Source: Rickettsiales bacterium (GTDB lineage Bacteria > Pseudomonadota > Alphaproteobacteria > Rs-D84). Taken from it: DNA of 64,000 bases. Positions 61,273-64,000 of the stretch are shown here, piece by piece. The notes under the pieces are model-generated. The model searched no databases. It was not told the origin of the DNA and saw only the letters and a list, made by a program, of their open reading frames with translations. Position numbers and translations under genes: made by a program. The stretch spans positions 4,227 to 68,226 of the forward strand of contig JAISKV010000004.1 in NCBI GenBank assembly GCA_031260805.1, in the 5' to 3' direction. Positions within the stretch are counted from its first letter, which is position 1; the number at the start of each line of letters is the position of its first letter.

Positions 61273-62514
61273 ATGACATACATACTCGCGCTCAATTGTG
61301 GCAGCAGCACGCTGAAATACCAGATTTTTGATGTTGATTCGCACAAAATCGTTATCAGCGGAAATGTGCAGAAAATCGGAAATCCGGGGTCTTTCATAGT
61401 CCAGAAATATACGGACGGAACAAAACAGCAAAAAGATACTCAAATCGCAAATCATAACGAAGCGTTGAACCTGGTGTCATTCATGATGCGCGAAGCGTCC
61501 ATAGACTTGACGCAAATCGTCGGCGTAGGGCACCGCGTTGTCCATGGCGGGGAGAAGTTTTCTTCGTCTGTTGAAATAACGGACGAAGTCATCCGTACTA
61601 TTTCTGAACTTTCGCCGCTGGCCCCATTGCATAATCCTGCGAATCTGGTCGGGATTGTCGCTGCCCAGCAGTTGTTGCCGAATGCAAAGCAGGTCGCGGT
61701 TTTTGACACCGCGTTCCATCAGAGCATGCCCGACTTTGCATACCGGTATGCCGTGCCGCGCGCATGGTATACGGAATTGGGCGTGCGCAGGTATGGATTT
61801 CACGGAACTTCGCATTTGTATGTTTCCAAGCGGGCGGCCGCCATGCTGGGCAAGCCCGCATCGCAATGCAATCTGATAACCATGCACATCGGCAGCGGGG
61901 CGTCCGCGGCCGCAATCCGGGGCGGGCGCAGCGTGGATACTTCGCTGGGCCTGACGCCGCTGTCCGGACTGACCATGGGAACGCGGCCAGGGGATCTGGA
62001 TCCGGGCGTGATAATGTATGTCATGGACAGGTTGAAAATTGACAGCAAAACAATGCAAACGATACTTAACAAGCAGAGCGGTATTTTGGGAATCACCGGA
62101 TGCTATGAAGACCGCCGCGATATTCTGGAACATCTGGGCGACAACGACGACTGCCGTCTGGCGCATGACATAGAAGTTAACAACGCCAAGAAATTCATCG
62201 GCGCGTACATGGCGGAACTGGGGCATGTTGACGCGATTGTATGGACAGCCGGTGTAGGCGAAAACGGATCGCTGCTGCGCGCGAAAATAATGGCCGGATT
62301 GGAAGATTACGGAATAAAGATTGATGCGGAGAAAAACGATGGCACCGCGACAATGTGGGGCAGCGGCGAAACAGAAATCAGCGCGCCTGATTCGCGTGTG
62401 AAAGTATTTATGATTCCGACGAATGAAGAATTGGTCTTGGTTGAAGATACGATTGCGATAATCAACGGCACATACAATCCAAATCACTTGGAAATGAATT
62501 ATAGTTTTGTGTAA
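61273..62514 (+). CDS. ackA: Acetate kinase
   Basis: Acetokinase motifs NCGSSTLKY, VHGG and HLGNG-like. Confidence 0.9.
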   Translation: MTYILALNCGSSTLKYQIFDVDSHKIVISGNVQKIGNPGSFIVQKYTDGTKQQKDTQIANHNEALNLVSFMMREASIDLTQIVGVGHRVVHGGEKFSSSVEITDEVIRTISELSPLAPLHNPANLVGIVAAQQLLPNAKQVAVFDTAFHQSMPDFAYRYAVPRAWYTELGVRRYGFHGTSHLYVSKRAAAMLGKPASQCNLITMHIGSGASAAAIRGGRSVDTSLGLTPLSGLTMGTRPGDLDPGVIMYVMDRLKIDSKTMQTILNKQSGILGITGCYEDRRDILEHLGDNDDCRLAHDIEVNNAKKFIGAYMAELGHVDAIVWTAGVGENGSLLRAKIMAGLEDYGIKIDAEKNDGTATMWGSGETEISAPDSRVKVFMIPTNEELVLVEDTIAIINGTYNPNHLEMNYSFV

Positions 62515-62681
62515 AATCCCCTTCGCTGGCGAAGGGGTGGCGTCCCGCCAAAGCAAAGCGTAGGCGGACGACGGGGTAGTGGTAAATAAGATTAAGTTTC
62601 TGTATCCACTACCCCGTCTTGCCGCTGACGCGTCAATCCACCCCTTCGCCAGCGAAGGGGAATTAAAACAGAGGTTTTCTT

Positions 62682-63584
62682 ATGAATATTGGGATAATAG
62701 GGCTGGGCAGCGTGGGCGGCGCGATTGCGACCGCCGTGCACAACACAGGGGTCGTTCGCGAAATGGTTTTGTTTGACCGCGATCCGGCGCGTTCTTATGC
62801 GGCCGCCGAAGATCTGGGGCACGCGTCAATTTTCGGATTCAATGTTGATATCCGCAGCGGGCAATACAGCGACTTCAAGGGTTGCGACATTGTTATAATC
62901 GCGGCCGGCGCGAATCAAAAACCGGGCGAAACGCGAACTGATTTATTGCAAAAAAACGCCGTTGTGATTCAGGATATCATTCCAAAGTTAATGCGGCATG
63001 CTGACAAGAAAAAGGTTGTTCTGATTATTGTTTCCAACCCGCTGGATGTCATGACAAAACTGGCCGCGGAATTGTCCGGATTGCCGGCTGGCCGGGTTAT
63101 TGGCACCGGAACCATGCTGGACAGCGCGCGGTTCAAGATTATTTTATCGCGGCAACTGGGGGTGTCGGCGACTTCGCTGCACGCGATGATTCTGGGAGAG
63201 CATGGCGATTCTTCGGTCGCGGCATGGTCTGCGGTGCGCATCGGTGGATTGGAACTGGACGAATTCTGCCGGCAGACAAAGCATGGAATGACCGCGGCGA
63301 CCAAGAAAACGATAGAGCGGCGCGTCAAAACGGCGGCATACGAAATTATCAAAGGCCGCGGCGCGACCTGGGACGGGATCGGCGCGGCGGCGGCGGATCT
63401 GGTGCGATGCGTCGCGCGGGACGAGCGGCGGATTCTGACCGTGTCATTGGGCGACGGATCATTGCCGCGAATTGTAGGCGGCAGCGGGGTGGCGGCAACG
63501 CTGCATCCGAAATTGGACCGCGCGGAAACGGCGGCATTGAAAAACAGTTTTCGCGTGATAGACGGGAATTGGAAAAAGTTGTAA
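62682..63584 (+). CDS. ldh: L-lactate dehydrogenase
   Basis: Rossmann GLGSVGG and LDH-type GEHGDS motif. Confidence 0.75.
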   Translation: MNIGIIGLGSVGGAIATAVHNTGVVREMVLFDRDPARSYAAAEDLGHASIFGFNVDIRSGQYSDFKGCDIVIIAAGANQKPGETRTDLLQKNAVVIQDIIPKLMRHADKKKVVLIIVSNPLDVMTKLAAELSGLPAGRVIGTGTMLDSARFKIILSRQLGVSATSLHAMILGEHGDSSVAAWSAVRIGGLELDEFCRQTKHGMTAATKKTIERRVKTAAYEIIKGRGATWDGIGAAAADLVRCVARDERRILTVSLGDGSLPRIVGGSGVAATLHPKLDRAETAALKNSFRVIDGNWKKL

Positions 63585-63678
63585 TTTGTTATTCGGGACT
63601 CGTGGCCAGTTCCACTCCAAGGGAGGGGAACTGGCCGTACCAAAGTTTTTTTATTGACGCGGTTTATGCAAAATTTGT

Positions 63679-64000
63679 ATGATTTTTCACATAGTGAAAC
63701 GCGTATTTATCTTTTATCTTTCATCTTTTATTTTTCTGACGGCAATGCCCGCATTCGCCGCGTCGCGCGCGACCGACACTGGGCGCGCGGCCGCGACAAT
63801 CACCCGCGCGGCCGGACCGCAGAATATTTCCGCGCGGACTGCGGCCGCGCCGTCAAAAACCGTATCGGCGCGGGTTGCGCAAACGGCCGCGCCGGCCAAG
63901 GCGGTTGTCGCGCGCGCGGCGGATGCGGCCAGCGCTATGTCTGAATCCAGAACAGGGGCGGAATACGAGCAATGCAAGTCCGCCTATGTATCATGCATGG
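63679..64000 (+). CDS. Partial (5' end) paralog of the Cys-rich surface protein family
   Basis: Signal peptide MIFHIVKRVFIFYLSSFIFLTAMPAFA; Ala-rich linker then EYEQCKSAYVSCM, matching PQECQDYWFGCMDGFCM of the 5808 gene; truncated by the window end. Confidence 0.4.
   Translation, partial: MIFHIVKRVFIFYLSSFIFLTAMPAFAASRATDTGRAAATITRAAGPQNISARTAAAPSKTVSARVAQTAAPAKAVVARAADAASAMSESRTGAEYEQCKSAYVSCM

Overview
This is a gene-dense bacterial chromosomal window of roughly 50 percent GC, read only by eye. Housekeeping genes are recognisable from conserved motifs: ligA, parC, glyQS, rho, a class A PBP, rpoD, recG, dnaB, dnaX, rpsD, yidC, lspA, lgt, ackA, ldh, corA, a cspA with an RGG tail, a ppiD-like chaperone and an LpxI-like enzyme. 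There are seven tRNA genes. A DUF1013 protein, the LpxI-type enzyme, the RGG-tailed CspA and the acidic insertion in RpoD suggest an alphaproteobacterium, but that is inference only. Accessory content found: (1) a T7-like podovirus structural module at 1..5700 (gp11-like and gp12-like tail tubular proteins, a capsid-like protein, a scaffold-like protein, a holin-like protein and a Lys/Ala-rich basic repeat protein), with no portal or terminase seen; (2) a Type II restriction-modification pair, translationally coupled; (3) a glycosyltransferase operon whose first gene, a secreted protein, carries a (CT)16 repeat in its 5' coding region; (4) a low-GC islet at tRNA-Pro with a Mu-F-like protein, a lipoprotein and a secreted beta-rich protein; (5) a family of large Cys-rich surface proteins, one complete copy and one partial copy at the window end; (6) paralogous outer-membrane beta-barrel genes sharing a nucleotide-identical signal-peptide segment; (7) at least four families of palindromic intergenic repeat elements, and a tRNA-Leu with an inverted duplicate of its own 3' half. 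The candidate new systems are two copies of a conserved terminator/antiterminator leader RNA ahead of two different membrane-protein genes, and a promoter, palindromic operator and structured terminated leader (or sRNA) upstream of the DUF1013 gene.
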